A DNA stretch of 64,000 nt from Paragordius varius (Eukaryota > Animalia > Nematomorpha), in assembly GCA_964247055.1 (NCBI GenBank), contig OZ176058.1:3224001-3288000 (forward strand). Direction: 5' to 3'. Positions 1 to 13,152 of this stretch are shown piece after piece (position 1 is the first letter of the stretch; each line of letters opens with the position of its first letter). Position numbers and translations under genes: made by a program. The notes beneath the pieces are model-generated. The model did not search any database. It saw only the letters and a program-made list of their open reading frames with translations, and was not told where the DNA came from.

Positions 1-1687
1 ATTTATTATTAATACATACGATGAAAATCATTTAATTTAATTATTTAATAATTTTTTCAGGGAATATCGAATTTTTAAAAGTTATCTTGTAAAAAAATGT
101 TGTCTTTTAATTATTACATTTTGTCCGTATAATTTCAATTTTTACTGTTTTAACCTAGCATGTCACACGCATTAATAAATATTTGTGGTGATTTAACTAA
201 TCATTATGCTTGTAAAATATTTTTTTGCCATCAAATATTTTCATATTTTTAAATCCTATATATACCATTTAGAATTCAAATATTCACTCTAAAAATAAAT
301 TATATGTTTTCGGGCTATTATATATCATAATTAATATGAAATATATTCATATGGCTATAGTTTATTTTTTTTCGGTATTATATTATTTTAAACAAGTTTT
401 ATTTTTATAATATAAAAAAGCGGTAATTTTTAATTTTAAAAACACATTATTTATTTTAGGGTAAATTTGAATTGTTCAAGGGTGAATTTGAACTGTAAAT
501 GGTGTATATAATTTATTTTTTTACACTTTATCTTATTTTTTGTGATATTACAGTAACGGGAACTAATATTGGTCCTGTTGGTTTTTTTTATTGGCTGAAA
601 TTGAAATATATTGGCAAACTATGAGATTTTTAATGGTTAATTATTAAATTATATAATAAAAGGAAAATCTTTCATAATTGGCATGTAAATTTTATTTTTT
701 TAACCAATTAAAATATCGAAATAGCCAAAAATATCTCTCTTTACTGTATATAAGCGTTTTTAGAAAAGTTAGTTAGGAAATTCAAAATTTGCAATTATTA
801 AATTTTTTCATTTTTATATTTTTACAAAAAATATTTATCCTAAAAATAAGTATATAAAAATAAATATTACTTTTACAATTATATTTTGGAACTGAATCGA
901 TAAAGTCTTAGATACAGTAACATATGGTAAAAAACAAAGTTTGGTTAAAATTAACCACACAAAGTTATGGTAAATGACAAGAAAAAAACTGTTAATTTAG
1001 CCATTTGTTGTTTTTTTACCATACTCTGCTGCTTCGTTGGTATTAATTTAACTTACAGTAAATATGATATTATACGGACAAAACGTAAAAACTAAAATAG
1101 AAATAAACGACAATCATACTTTTTTAAACCGTAATTTTTTTCCATATATTCTATTTAATTACATTTGTAAAACATACCATTTACAATTCAAATTCACCCT
1201 TGAACAATTCAAAACCACCCTAAAAATAAATTATGTATTTTCGGGCAAAATAACTTATCATTAAGAAGAAATATATTCTTATGGCATAAATTATTATTTT
1301 TTCAGTATTATGTTAATTTTTATTGAAATTTTATTTTTTAAAAATATAAAAAAAAATTTAGGCAATTTTCAATCTTAAAAAACACAATATTTTTTAGGCT
1401 GAATTTGAATTGTAAGGTAATCTTGAATTGTTCAAGGGTGAATTTGAATTGTTCAAGAGTGAATTTGAATTAATGGTATATATTGTTGTATTACTAATTT
1501 ACATCTCTTATTCATACTTTACAATTTAAAATAATAATATGGTTGGTTGTCTTAAAGTTTTTACAATTTGTCCGTATATTTTCAATTTAGGCTATATGTT
1601 TGCTGTAATATTTTTAAACCATATTGTATGCGCTGTGCCTATATGCTTTTTGCTTCTTTACACCTTTTGATTGATTGATTTTTTTAG

Positions 1688-2605
1688 CTTCTGTGCCTGC
1701 TTGATATGTCTCATAAAAAATTTAACACTACAAACGCTTCTACTGTCCCTCCCCTGACCAATATTTCCTCTCCTTCGAAAAATTTTGAATCATCCGCTAT
1801 AAACACAGTTATAACTACTCATGTATCTATCAGTTTCAGTTCTAATAATCAATTTTCTGGTAAAAATGATCATCAGTTCTCTCTTTGTGATAATTTTTCC
1901 AACAATCCCGCGTATGGGAATAATGCGTGCATGCCTCCTACCTTACACCCCAACATTGTATCAAATACTCCTTTGTTTATTAGCAAAAACATCAACAGTT
2001 TGAAAAGAGAATCCGAAGAAGACAGCATTATTAAGGCGGCATTTAAAGATTCAAAAAAGGCCAAGCTTTCAACAACGCAAAAACCCAATACTTTGATGAT
2101 AAGAAAAAATGCTGCTGCATTATTTTCGACAAATGTGATTGAGGAAGAAACATTTTTAAAACGACGACCTCCTGTAATGGAAAAACAACCATCTCCTTCT
2201 GTTTCTGTTCAAGGACCCTTGGAACATTCATATTATCCTCAACGCTATCAAACAAGCAATAACATTTCTAATAACGCTAATATACCCATGTATATGAACA
2301 CGCCCAATGGACAATCTTACATGATATTACCCTTGTTGAATTCTAATAATCCCAACATAGTTTATCAAAATCATCATTTTGAGAATCAGAGAAATGTAGT
2401 TCAACAACAATATTTCAGTAATTCTACTGCTTGCATGGGTCAAGGTTTGAGCAGTTATAACCGAAATATTGGTGCCTTAAATAACGGTAAAAGTGACATA
2501 AATGATGCTGTACGGCTTAATACAAATTTAGCTTATTATGCTTCAGGGGGAGTTTGCTTTAATTTAGCTGCTACAGCTTCCATGCCTGTTCCGCCCCAAA
2601 ATCAA
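1688..2605 (+). CDS. Large exon of an uncharacterised N/S/P/Q-rich protein (ORF track 1706..2611)
   Basis: About 300 open codons in AT-rich DNA; in-frame ttttag acceptor at 1686-1687; the ORF's last codons caa|gtataa form a phase-0 donor of the type used by G-alpha-s exon 8. Basic patch KRESEE..KDSKKAK. No recognisable domain. Confidence 0.65.
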
Positions 2606-2622
2606 GTATAATATAAATATAC

Positions 2623-2905
2623 ATACCATTTACAGTTCAAATTTCCCCCCTGAACAATTCAAATTTACCCTTGAACAATTCAAATTCATCACCCTAAAAT
2701 AAATAGATTATGTGTTTTTTGAGATTAAAAATTACCTTATGTTTAAAAAAAACGAAATTAAATAAACTATGCCAAACGATTATATATCTTTTTAATCATA
2801 AGTTATATTAGGTTGAAAACACATAATGTATTTTTAAGGTGGTTTTGAATTGTTCAAGGGAGAATTTTGATTGTTCGAGGGTGAATTTGAATTGTAAATG
2901 GTATA
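2623..2905. mobile_element. Family-B MITE (ATACCATTTAC...GTAAATGGTAT, internal 21-bp AACAATTCAAATTCACCCTTG repeats)
   Basis: TIRs plus inverted 21-mer arrays. Other copies at 261-507, 1174-1480, 13627-13840, 17161-17469, 36772-36996, 40475-40740, 59522-59899. Confidence 0.85.
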
Positions 2906-2942
2906 TTATGTATGTGCTTTTTAAAATTACTGTATGAATTAG

Positions 2943-3236
2943 TACAGGAAAAAACAAAATACCATGGACAAAACGTTAAAGTATAAAGACAAATATTTTT
3001 TTTCAAAAGACAACCATACTTTTTAAAACCTTAATTTTTGCTATATAAAATATTTAATTACAATCGTAAACTACATAATTGATTGTGCTACCAATTTACA
3101 TTTCTATTTTATATTTTGCAGTTTATAACAATCAGTTAATCTAAAAAAATGATGATTCAAAAAATATGGTTGTCTTAGAATAAAATATTGTCTTTATTTT
3201 TTACGTTTTGTCCGTATAATTTCAATTTTTACTGTA
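2943..3236. mobile_element. Family-A MITE (TA|CAGTAAAAATTGAAATTATACGGACAAAACG..., about 270-300 bp, TIRs over 100 bp; Tc1/mariner/pogo-like)
   Basis: Long TIRs with TA flanks. About 30 full or partial copies in the window, e.g. near 121, 1057, 11778, 14187, 22582, 24748, 36285, 40800, 42238, 48595, 52740, 53441, 54193, 60578, 63495. Confidence 0.85.
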
Positions 3237-3434
3237 TAAATTGCTAGTATTTTTCTTTAATTATTGCCTGGTGACATATATACATAAGGTGACCAGATTT
3301 TTTAAAGGAAAAAGCGGGACAAATCTGAGGGGGGGTCATTGGGGCGTACAACCGAAAATTTTTATACAAAAAATTTATTGTAATAATTATTTATTTTTAA
3401 CACAATTAGATTTTAATTATAAAAAAATTTGTAC

Positions 3435-4240
3435 CCCACAGGTTGTTTGTACCTTATTCAATAAATTTACATCTGCACGAACAAAGGGTGAAGTGATTGT
3501 AATATCCTAGAAAAAAATAATAAAGATGAAATCATCACAAAGTGCGCTGGGTGATGCAAGAAGCGGCACAAAAAATATTTTTAACAATTTAGCGAATAAT
3601 CTTAATCAAAAATTATTGGCAGATACACAACGCTATTCAAACAGCTACTGATTTGTTACCCCTGGATGTGGAAAATATAGATGTTAAAATGCTTGGATAT
3701 TGCAGAACTGTTGGTTAACTCTTTTGCCAGCAATTGAATATTTATAAAAATGTGATCTCCTAGAATCCTAATGTTTATCACAGGACAAAGGTCAAAATTC
3801 CAAGTCAAAAAAGGTTAGAAAATAATTTTATACCATTACTTAATCGCAATATCATAAAGCATCTATCAATGAATAGCCATAAAAATGTTTTATACAAACA
3901 GAAACGATTATTTGGAAGACAAAACGGTGCACAATGACACTTTTTTATGAAGTCTCATTATTAAAAATATATTGAATGAAAGCTTATATAATAAACAACA
4001 GAAAAAAATACGTAGGATAGGTTAAAATAATCATTTTTTAAAAAAATTATGTTCCATACAATAATATTTTAATTGTAGAATTTGCATTATCTTTACCTGA
4101 ACCACTGCTATTGAACGCGTTTTTCCACAGTAAATTAAGTAAGGACACGGAATCAAATTAAAATGGTAAAAAGCCATTTTATGTGTTTAAATATAATTTG
4201 ACAAATTATGAAGACTTATACAATATTTTAGGTAATTTTG
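3435..4240 (+). pseudogene. Second, inverted, deleted hAT transposase copy inside the same element
   Basis: LFNKFTSARTKGEVIV (3455-3503); gaatttgcattatctttacctgaacc..gaacgcgtttttccacagtaaat (4078-4135); 3505-3680 aligns to the reverse complement of about 5280-5500. Confidence 0.8.
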
Positions 4241-4272
4241 TTTTTTAACACAAAAACTTTAAAGAAAATATT

Positions 4273-6079
4273 TTATTCTTTGGTATATTTTTTGTTTGAG
4301 TGAATGCGTTTTAGCAGATTGTCATCCTTTTTTAAAATATTGTAGAAGTCTTCACAAGAATTTGTCAAATTATATTTGACAGATAAAACGGCCTTCAAAG
4401 TTTCAACATTTAAATTTGATTTTTCCGATGTCCACACCTGATTTACTGTGGGAAAAACGCGCTCAGTAGCAGCGTTGGTTCCAGGTAAAGATAGTGCGAA
4501 TTCCACAATTTCTAAAAATTATTGTATGTAATATAGTTGGCTTCAAAATGATGAAATATTTCCAACCATTTCTTTTCTACTGTATAATTTTCTTTTGTCC
4601 ATAATTTAAGTTTTTCATTATTAATATATCTTTTAACTAATGATACTTCAGAAAAAGGATTTCTGAAAGATTACTTTTTGAGAATTTTTTAGGAACAGAT
4701 AAAATGATTTTTGAACATCGCACCAATTAAATATTGATTTTAATGTTATCCAATGAAAATGATCAATTTCATTGAATTGCGTCTTCCAGTCTTCCAAATA
4801 ATCTTTACAGTTTGTATAAAACATTTTTATATGGTACAGGATATCTTGGCGATTTATTAAGCCTTGTTTTTCTAAATTATTTATTGTATTGCGGATGGTT
4901 AATGGAATAAAATTATTTTCTAACCGTTCTTGACATTGGAATTTCAGGTTAACTTCATTGGCTAGTTCGACTGCCGAAATTTTGTCACCTTCAATAAATT
5001 TAATAACATTTTGAAAGAGAGAAGCTTGATTATGTAAATTCTAACCATATTTTTGAAGAATCACTTTCAAAAAAAATTCTTAAAGTTGTAGGACATTTGT
5101 CCTGTAATAAAAAAATTTTTTAAAGGATCATACATTTTTAAAATTCTTTCGATAGCTGGCATAAAAGCTAACCAACGAGTTTTACTATATACAAGCATTA
5201 TTTGATATTGAACTTCTGCAAGAATTCTTTAAGCGTTTTAACACGTACCGTGTATATATAAAAATAGGAATATATTTTAACAACTAAATTTCCACATCTA
5301 AGGATAACAAATCAGCAGCTATTTGAATAGCGGTATTATATGCGCTGCAGACCCAACGCCAATAATGTTTTAATTAAGATTATCTCTTAATTTATAAAAA
5401 ATATTTTTTGTTCCTCTCCTTGCTTTTCCACCAAAGTTCGTATTGGTGTTGTCAGCGCAATATGCGATAATTTTGTCTTTTAAATTATTTTTTTCTAGAA
5501 TATGCATTATTGAAGTAAATAATATTTCAGAATTTTCACCGTAGGGAAATTAAATCTAAAATTTCAATTTTTACTCCGGTTTCTGAATCAATATATCTTA
5601 TCAAAGTAAGAAATAATGTTATTTTATGGTGATTTGATGCATCGGAGTATAGGAAAAGAAATTAATTTTTAGCAAATCTTTTTGTATTTCAGAAAAAGCA
5701 TGTGGCGAAAAAACATTGCACACAATGGCTTCAGCCTTTGTACGGGCACATGTAAATTTTTTATTAAATAACGTGCGACTAACCTGTGAGGTACAATCCA
5801 TTGAACGAAATGAATGGCAATGATTTAAGGCATGAAATGAAAACACACCCTCAGCAAGTGCTAAATTCTTTTCTTCCTCTTCAAAAGCAGTTTCCGCAAA
5901 AAATCGCTCATCTTGTGAGATGATGCCGTTATAGTTAAACATTTTTGATGTTTCTGTATATCAATATGCTTTGTAATGTCATGTTTGCCGCCATGTGCCA
6001 GGGTGAATTCCCCATCGCATATAAGACATTTAACAGACAATTCATTCTCCATTTTTTTAATGAAAGGAAAATCTTTCAT
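4273..6079 (-). pseudogene. hAT transposase, frameshifted
   Basis: N-terminal C2H2/BED-like finger KCLICDGEFTLAHGGKHDITKH; FTCARTKAEAIV; C-terminal dimerisation motif SLPGTNAATERVF..VNQVWTSEKSNLNVETLK; broken into several ORFs. Confidence 0.88.
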
Positions 6080-7719
6080 TAATTCATCATTGAATTTACA
6101 GCCTCTTTTTGTAATATTTATAAACTCCTATTAGTATATAAATGTCATATTACCTTAATTTTCTGGAAAAAGCGTGTAAGATATCGATTTGTAGTATTAA
6201 TTTGAATTTTTTATAATGTTGGCAAGTATTAAAACTAAATATTAATATAATAAATGTTATATAATCTTAGTTTTCTGGAAAAAGCGTGTAAGGTATCGAT
6301 TTGTCATTTTATCTAGTAACTTGGCTTTTTGATATTAATGACATAGTAGCAGGAAGGAAAGTGTATAATCATATGATATAAATTCGAAAAAAATAAATAT
6401 TTTTAATTTAAAAATAAAAATTTTTAATTTAAAATAATAAAATTTATTTGTATTAAAAAAAATATTATTTGTATTAAAAAAAATTTTTTTTATATAATCA
6501 TGAAAAAGCGGGACATTTTATAAACGTAGCGGGAGGCGGGGCAAAGTGTGAAAAAGCGGGACTGTCCCGCCTAAAGCGGGACGTCTGGTCACCTTATATA
6601 TACAGCAGAAAGAATTTTTATTGGCTTATAGTTATTTTTTTGTTTTTTACTTTATTAACTGATAATGCTCTTCTGTCTATATGCTATCAACATATTAAAA
6701 GGATACGCCATATCTCTTGAACTGAGATTTTATACAAATCATAATTATATGATTAACTATTTACAAATTTAATATATCCTCTCCTAAAATAATAATAAAC
6801 CATTTTTGAATTATCCTTTAATTATCCATGATTTTCCCTTTTTGCCCGATTTTGATTTTCTTTCAATATTTCAAAAACTAGGTCGTCCACAAATTATAAT
6901 TTTTGCGGAAAATAAATTTGCTGATCATAAGTTATCTCATGAAAAAAAATTTATTTTTATTAAAAATTTTGTGCGCACAGTCTATATAGTGTTTAGATAT
7001 AATTTATTTAAAAAACATAAGCTAGAATGCATATGAAATATATAAATTTTAATTTTTGACTTCTATTAAAAGGTCTTAAACCAAAAAAATAAAATCAATT
7101 TAAACGAAAAAAGATGTCTTAATAAATAAGGTGGGTTATTTTTGTAGGTTTTAAGCATTTATTTGTATTTCAAAATTTTTCTTAAAGAAAATTTTAAGGA
7201 ATAGCAATTATACCCAAATTCATTCTTATGTTTTTGGAAATCAACTTATATTTTTAAATATTTTTGAACTGTTTTAAATTAATGAATTTTTTTATAAAAT
7301 GTAATAAACTAAAGAAATTAACCTCAAAAATGAGTTATAAAAATACATATAATTTATTTTTAGGGTCTAAGACTGTAAAAACTAATCCTATTCTTACAAT
7401 TTTGCTAATTTATTGCTGAAATTCGAAGAGATTAATTAGAAAATTGGATTAAGAATATTAATTTTACTTGGATTTTGTAAAATTTTATATTTGTAATTTC
7501 TCTAAATTTGTCAATAGAAATTTGAAATGAATAAGGGTAGGTTTAAAATGTTCGAGAGTGAATTTAAATATAAAGGTAAATTTGAAATAGTAAATAGTTA
7601 ATTTGAAATGAATAAGGGTAAATTTAAAATAATCAATAGTTGTATTGAAATGTTTAAGGGTCAATCTGAATAGTATTATGCACATCTATACTAGCTTATT
7701 CACATATTTATAATAAATT

Positions 7720-8197
7720 TGTAATACAGTTGCGTGTGTTGTTTAATAAATTTTGTCCATAATTTAATAAACTACTTAATATTGTAAAAGATAGGAAAAA
7801 ATTGTTTAATTTCAGCATTTTGTTGTTTATTTCCATACACTATTGTGTTGGCAATTGACCTACTAGACAGTAGCGTATGGCATAAAACATTATTAGTCCA
7901 TAAAAGAATAAAAAAATGTTGTTTTTTTAAAAAAACAAGGGGATATTATAGATGTGTGTATACACAACTAGTAGGCTTGTTTTTTTAAAAAAACCTTTTT
8001 TTATTCTATTATGGACTAATAGTGTTTTATACCATACGCCACTGTATAGTAAGTCAATTGGCAACACAGTAGTGTATGGAAATAAACAACATAAAGTTGT
8101 AATTAAACACTTTTTTCCTTATCTCTCACAATAAATATTACGTAGTTTATTTAATTACGGACGAAATTTGTTTTATGACACACGCGACTGTATTACA
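7720..8197. mobile_element. About 480-bp foldback element
   Basis: TGTAATACAGT(T/C)GCGTGTGT ends; arms pair almost to the centre (CCATACACTATTGTGTTGGCAATTG and ACAGTAGCGTATGGCATAAAAC with their mirrors). Confidence 0.8.
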
Positions 8198-8243
8198 TTT
8201 TTTGTAGGCTAAAAAAATTTATTTTTACTTTTTTTAATCATAG

Positions 8244-8417
8244 AATAATTTGTCTTTACCTCACCAGTCACCAATGTATCGAATTGATCAACAAAAAATG
8301 CAATACAATAATAACATTAACATCAATAAAAATCCTATACCTGTAATATTGTCAGGGTCAACAAATGAACAAATGATGACATACATGTCAAATGGGAATG
8401 GTTTAATAACTCATATG
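8244..8417 (+). CDS. Probable internal exon (NNLSLPHQSPMYRIDQQ...GNGLITHM), possibly the same gene as 1688-2605
   Basis: ttttaatcatag acceptor, atg|gtaaat donor, 58 open codons, phases 0/0, similar N/M/Q/P composition. Confidence 0.55.
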
Positions 8418-10560
8418 GTAAATTTTTTAAAAAATTTTGCAGTAAAAATTGAAATTTTGCAGAAAGTTTTTAAACTGTAATTAGTAGATCTTAAATTAAA
8501 ATTACAGTAGCGTATGGTATAAAACAACATTAGTCCATAAAAGAATAAAAAAATTAATTTACTGTAGGATTTTACATTTTTTTGTATATTTTCAATTGTT
8601 CTACAAATTTAAAACCTTCAAACTTATATTTATGTTTTAATCTCTCCTAAACTGAAAAACCGAAATTTTTCTGACATTTATTAATCATTTACATTAAAAA
8701 TTAGAATTATACGTACAAAATGAAAACTAAAAGGCAAATATTATTTTTCAAAAGACAACCATATCTTTCAAATCTTGATATTTTAGAGATAACTTATCGA
8801 CGTGTGTTGCGAATGATTAATTCCCATAATTTTATATTTTGCAATTGTAATAATATAGTTAGAAAATGTTAAGGTTTAAAAAAGTATGGTTCTTTTTTAA
8901 AACGAATGATTTGTTTTACATTTTCTAAAATAATTTTTGCTCTCATATTAGTTCATCTTTTTTTAGCACTTTTTAAATTTTGAGGTTTATTTATATATTT
9001 TATAACTCTTTTGAAATAAATAATTTTAAATTTATGATTTTTAGATTACACCCGGTATGATTAATGCATTCCAACCTTAAAAAATATTTCGCAAGCTTTT
9101 CCCTCCCCTATACGCAGTATTTCAACTGACATTCAAAATTACGAATTTAACGGATTTTTTGAAAATATCAAACTTTTGGAAATTTTTAAAAAGAAATATA
9201 AACCGAATTTCATGTGATATAATATGGAATGATTAACATTTTTGGTAGACTTGAATATGCCCTAAAAAATATTTCAGAATTCAAACATTCCCGAAATCCA
9301 CAGCAATTTATAATTTGATTAGTGTATTATTCAATTTTTATCAATTTCAACCTTTATTTTAACTTTGATGAAAAAAAATAATTTTAAAATTATTTGTCAT
9401 ATTTTTATAATTATGTGTGTGTCTTTCCTAACCAGATTAAGACCACAAACATATTTTTATTTTTTTCAAGAAAATCGACCTAGTCATTTCTTATATGTAA
9501 TATTTGAAATAATTAATTTTAAAGTGCATATATACTTCAAATATCATATATTTTTATCAATTATTTTTACAATAAAATTATTTCCTAATAATGTTCCGGT
9601 CTGTTAGTAATTTGTCAATTTTATGTAATATTCTGAATCAAAATATTGATATTTTATACCATTAAATTAAATATTTAAATTAAGTTTAAACATAAAACCT
9701 TATATTTAAATCTGTTTTTTTATAAACATATTGGAAGTAACAAATAAAAAAAATAATATCAACAAACTTATATTTCCAATTTTAATTTTTTTATAAAAAA
9801 ATATTCTTTTATTTTTAGTTTTGTCCTAATTTCATTTATTTGTAAATATTTATCCCCATATATATATATATATATTATATATATATATATATTGCATATT
9901 ACATGTATGTCCTTCCATATTTAAATACATTGTAATCAAATTTTAATTTTACATTTATAAAGTATTATATATTACATTTAATGTTAATCATTCACAAATA
10001 TGAAATTATATTATATATATATATACCTGTTTGACAACAATTATATGTTTTGTAATTTTATATTTTTTTATTTAATATCATCAATATCATGAAACCCAGT
10101 GAATCCACTCTTAAAATATAAATAAATATCCTTATGTATCATATAGTTTTTGTTTTACCAGCTAACTAAAATTTAAATAATGTTAAAAATCATTATATTG
10201 GTTTAAAAATTTCGGATTAAAAGGTTACATAAAACATTTTGAATACAGTAAAAATGGTCTTTATAAATTGTTTTTTTACAAAATTTCACCCAAATTATAA
10301 GGTAACCGAACGTTTAAATTATATAAAAAAGTATTTTTATAATTACTTAAAGCGTTTACCGTTTCCACTATGCCTCAAAATAGTATGAAAATCTTTGAAA
10401 AAAGTTGTAAACTTTATTATTTTTAGTTGAATTCAAAATTTAGTATATATTCAAAATTTTATCGCGCAGTCTCGTCATAATTGCGTTTATTTTAAGAAAA
10501 CTAACCCGAAGAGAACAATTATGGAACCCCTATAATTTATAAAGCTATTGGTTTACTTTT

Positions 10561-11139
10561 TACAGTAAAAATTGAAATTATACGGACAAAACGTTAAAAT
10601 ATATAGGCTGGCAATTATAACAACCATAGTTTTCAAAACCTTAATTTTTCTTATACAACTTATTTAGTTACAATTAAAATATAGAATTGATTGTGTTAGC
10701 ATTATATTTCTCTATTTCACACTTTTTATCATTCTGTTTTAGTGTCCAACTTTCGGTAGCATAAGTTACTACCGGTAAAACCATGGAGATTGCAGCATTT
10801 GAAATGTGGGGTTGCAGGAGATTGTTGAATATTTGATGGTTTTACAAGGTTAGGAATGAAACAATATGAGAAAAATTTAATATTTAGAGTCACTTGATGG
10901 AAGTTATAATAAAAAGAAAGTTCACGTACATTGGTCACATTTTAAGATATACATCGGATACTGTAAAGGAATATAGTAGATGTATAAAGGAATTGAAAGA
11001 GATAGTATGGGGAAGAGATAATTGAAGAGAACTCGTAATTAATTTTAATATAAATCTAGATTTAAAAAGTATGTTTGACTTTTAGAATATTTGTCTTTAT
11101 ATTTTCACGTTTTGTCCGTAAAATTCAGTTTTTACTGTA
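10561..11139. mobile_element. Family-A MITE carrying an RTE fragment
   Basis: TACAGTAAAAATTGAAATTATACGGAC ... GTCCGTAAAATTCAGTTTTTACTGTA. Confidence 0.85.
10770..11030 (+). pseudogene. Decayed RTE 3' fragment inside a family-A MITE
   Basis: Translates as EIAAFEMWGCRRLLNI*W..KVRNE...IIKRKFTYIGHILR, with stops. Confidence 0.7.
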
Positions 11140-12408
11140 TAAATAATATATATGTTTTGGTGTTATGGAATGATAAAACAATTATCAAAAAAATTATTTG
11201 AACAAAATAATTTTGCCATATACTGATATGGAGTTATCGCAAAAGTATCACTAGTTAGGGCCAAAGCATGTGAGATAATTTTCAAAATATATTTTATCAG
11301 AATATTTTTTGTTCACACTGTCTTATATGGTTGTCTCTTAAAAAAAGTGGCTTGGACTTCCCACAATACTAACTAATGTCCATATCGATTATTCTGAAAA
11401 CTTTACCTGTTTAAGGTGAAATTAATTATATCACAAAACAAATAAAATATATGACATATATTGTTTAAACGATTATTTTCCAGGGATGTTTAACACAAAT
11501 GACGCGCCGAATTCTCATTATTTATGGGCAATAAATATGTCTTTAAACATAAGAATGTAAGGATTTATTTCAACAACTTTTTCTAACTCATTCCCGAAAT
11601 TCGAAAAAATTTAATCTTGGAAGTTGTTTAAGAAATATTAGATTACGTATTTTGTATCTAAGTGTTCTCGTGGAATGCAGAAGTATTTTAATGGGCCGCG
11701 TGTTGGACACACCCCATTTAAACCTTAATTTTTATAATTTTTGTTTCGGTGCGAAATAATAAGAGATGTTTACACATACAGTAAAAATTGATATTATACG
11801 GACAAAACGTTAAAATTTAAAAACAAATATTTTTTCCTAAAAGACAGCCATACTTTTTAAATCTTGATTAATTTAAATTTAACTCATTGTTTTTTATTTC
11901 CAAAGTAAATAAAGATGCATGTATATAGGTTATCTAATCAATTATAAATATTAGGCTTGGTATTAAGTATTTTACTAGAATTTATTTCACCTTTATGTGT
12001 TTTAATTATTCAAATAACTTATGAATGATGGTTGGATCATATACATAAACTTAGACTAACAAAAAATAAAGGACCACCAAACTCTAAAATCTAGTTGACA
12101 ACGCAAAGCGATGAGTTATATTTATAGAGTTTAGAAATTGGATTTACGTAAAATATCAATCATTTTAGTTTTTTAAAGTTCAATATTTTGCTGAAAATTT
12201 TTTGACTTTTCAATGATTCAGTAAAAAGTGAAATTACACGCGCAAAACGTAAATAAAGACAAATATTTTTAAAGACAACCATAGATTATTTTTTAAAGTT
12301 AAAAACTGTAAATTACAGTAAATTTTTTTTAATTACTCATTGAGTTTTAAACAAAAAGTATAACATAGATATGTATATTGGTAACACAATCAATTATAAA
12401 ATATATAA

Positions 12409-13152
12409 TCTATATATTTATAAAAATGGAAAATGCTGGCTTTGTGATCTGGTACAGGAAAACCGGTAGACCCAATCAAATCCAAATATCGAAAAAATAT
12501 AATCATTAATAAATGTCCCGACAATAGCTTCGCCCTTTTTTTGAAATAGGCCCCCAGTTCGGGCCCACCCCGTATGAAAAACGGGTTTTTTTTGAAAACA
12601 GAAGTCCACGAAATCGTGTTTTTGAGACAATATTCCGGAGAACGTGTTGGACCATTCAATTTCAAATATAATTTTTGTCTACTTATTTTCGATTGCGCCG
12701 AACATAGTCGAGCCACTTTTTTGATTTAGGCCCTCTTTTTACCCGCTACCCCCGTAAAATGCCATTTTTTCAAAAAAAAACAAAGTCCACAAAAATATTT
12801 TTTTGATTGTATTTTTTTGTCCACGGTATGAGACTGTAAAAATTCGAGAAAGATTTTCCTATTGCCTGTTAAAAGGCAAAAATTTTAGTCAAGCGTTTCT
12901 TTGATGATAGCTGCTGATTAAGGAGTATCTATCATATGTATAGCATGTTAAAAGATATATGGATATTAATACATTATTTATCCTCATCTATATATTTATA
13001 AAAATGGAAAATGCTGGCTTTGTGATCTGGTACAGGAAAACCGGTAGACCCATTCAAATCCAAACTTCGAACCCCCCCCCCCCCCCCCCCCCCCCCCCCA
13101 AGAAGTCCGAAGGACTTCCTCGGGCTGCGTAGCAGCACGAGATTCACGCTAG
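12409..13152 (+). mobile_element. Non-autonomous Helitron (composite; a second 5' end at 12987)
   Basis: A|TCTATATATTTATAAAA start; 3' hairpins agtcc-gaa-ggact and gctgc-gta-gcagc, then CTAG|T; no TSD; splits a family-A MITE. Confidence 0.85.
13072..13099 (+). repeat. C28 homopolymer in the Helitron 3' region
   Basis: 28 consecutive C; the same site in the 18253-19837 copy has only C6 (about 19790). Confidence 0.9.

Larger units (their letters stand above)
3285..6596 (-). mobile_element. hAT DNA transposon (Blackjack-like termini), defective
   Basis: 13-bp TIR TAAGGTGACCAGA (3285-3297 / 6584-6596); perfect 8-bp TSD TATATACA (3277-3284, 6597-6604); subterminal AAAGCGGGAC repeats; transposase fragments on the minus strand. 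Confidence 0.93.

Noticed and set aside
13072-13099. Poly-Gly ORF / G-quadruplex from the C28 tract
   Set aside because: Homopolymer expansion within a Helitron (C6 in the sister copy); its length may be a sequencing artefact.
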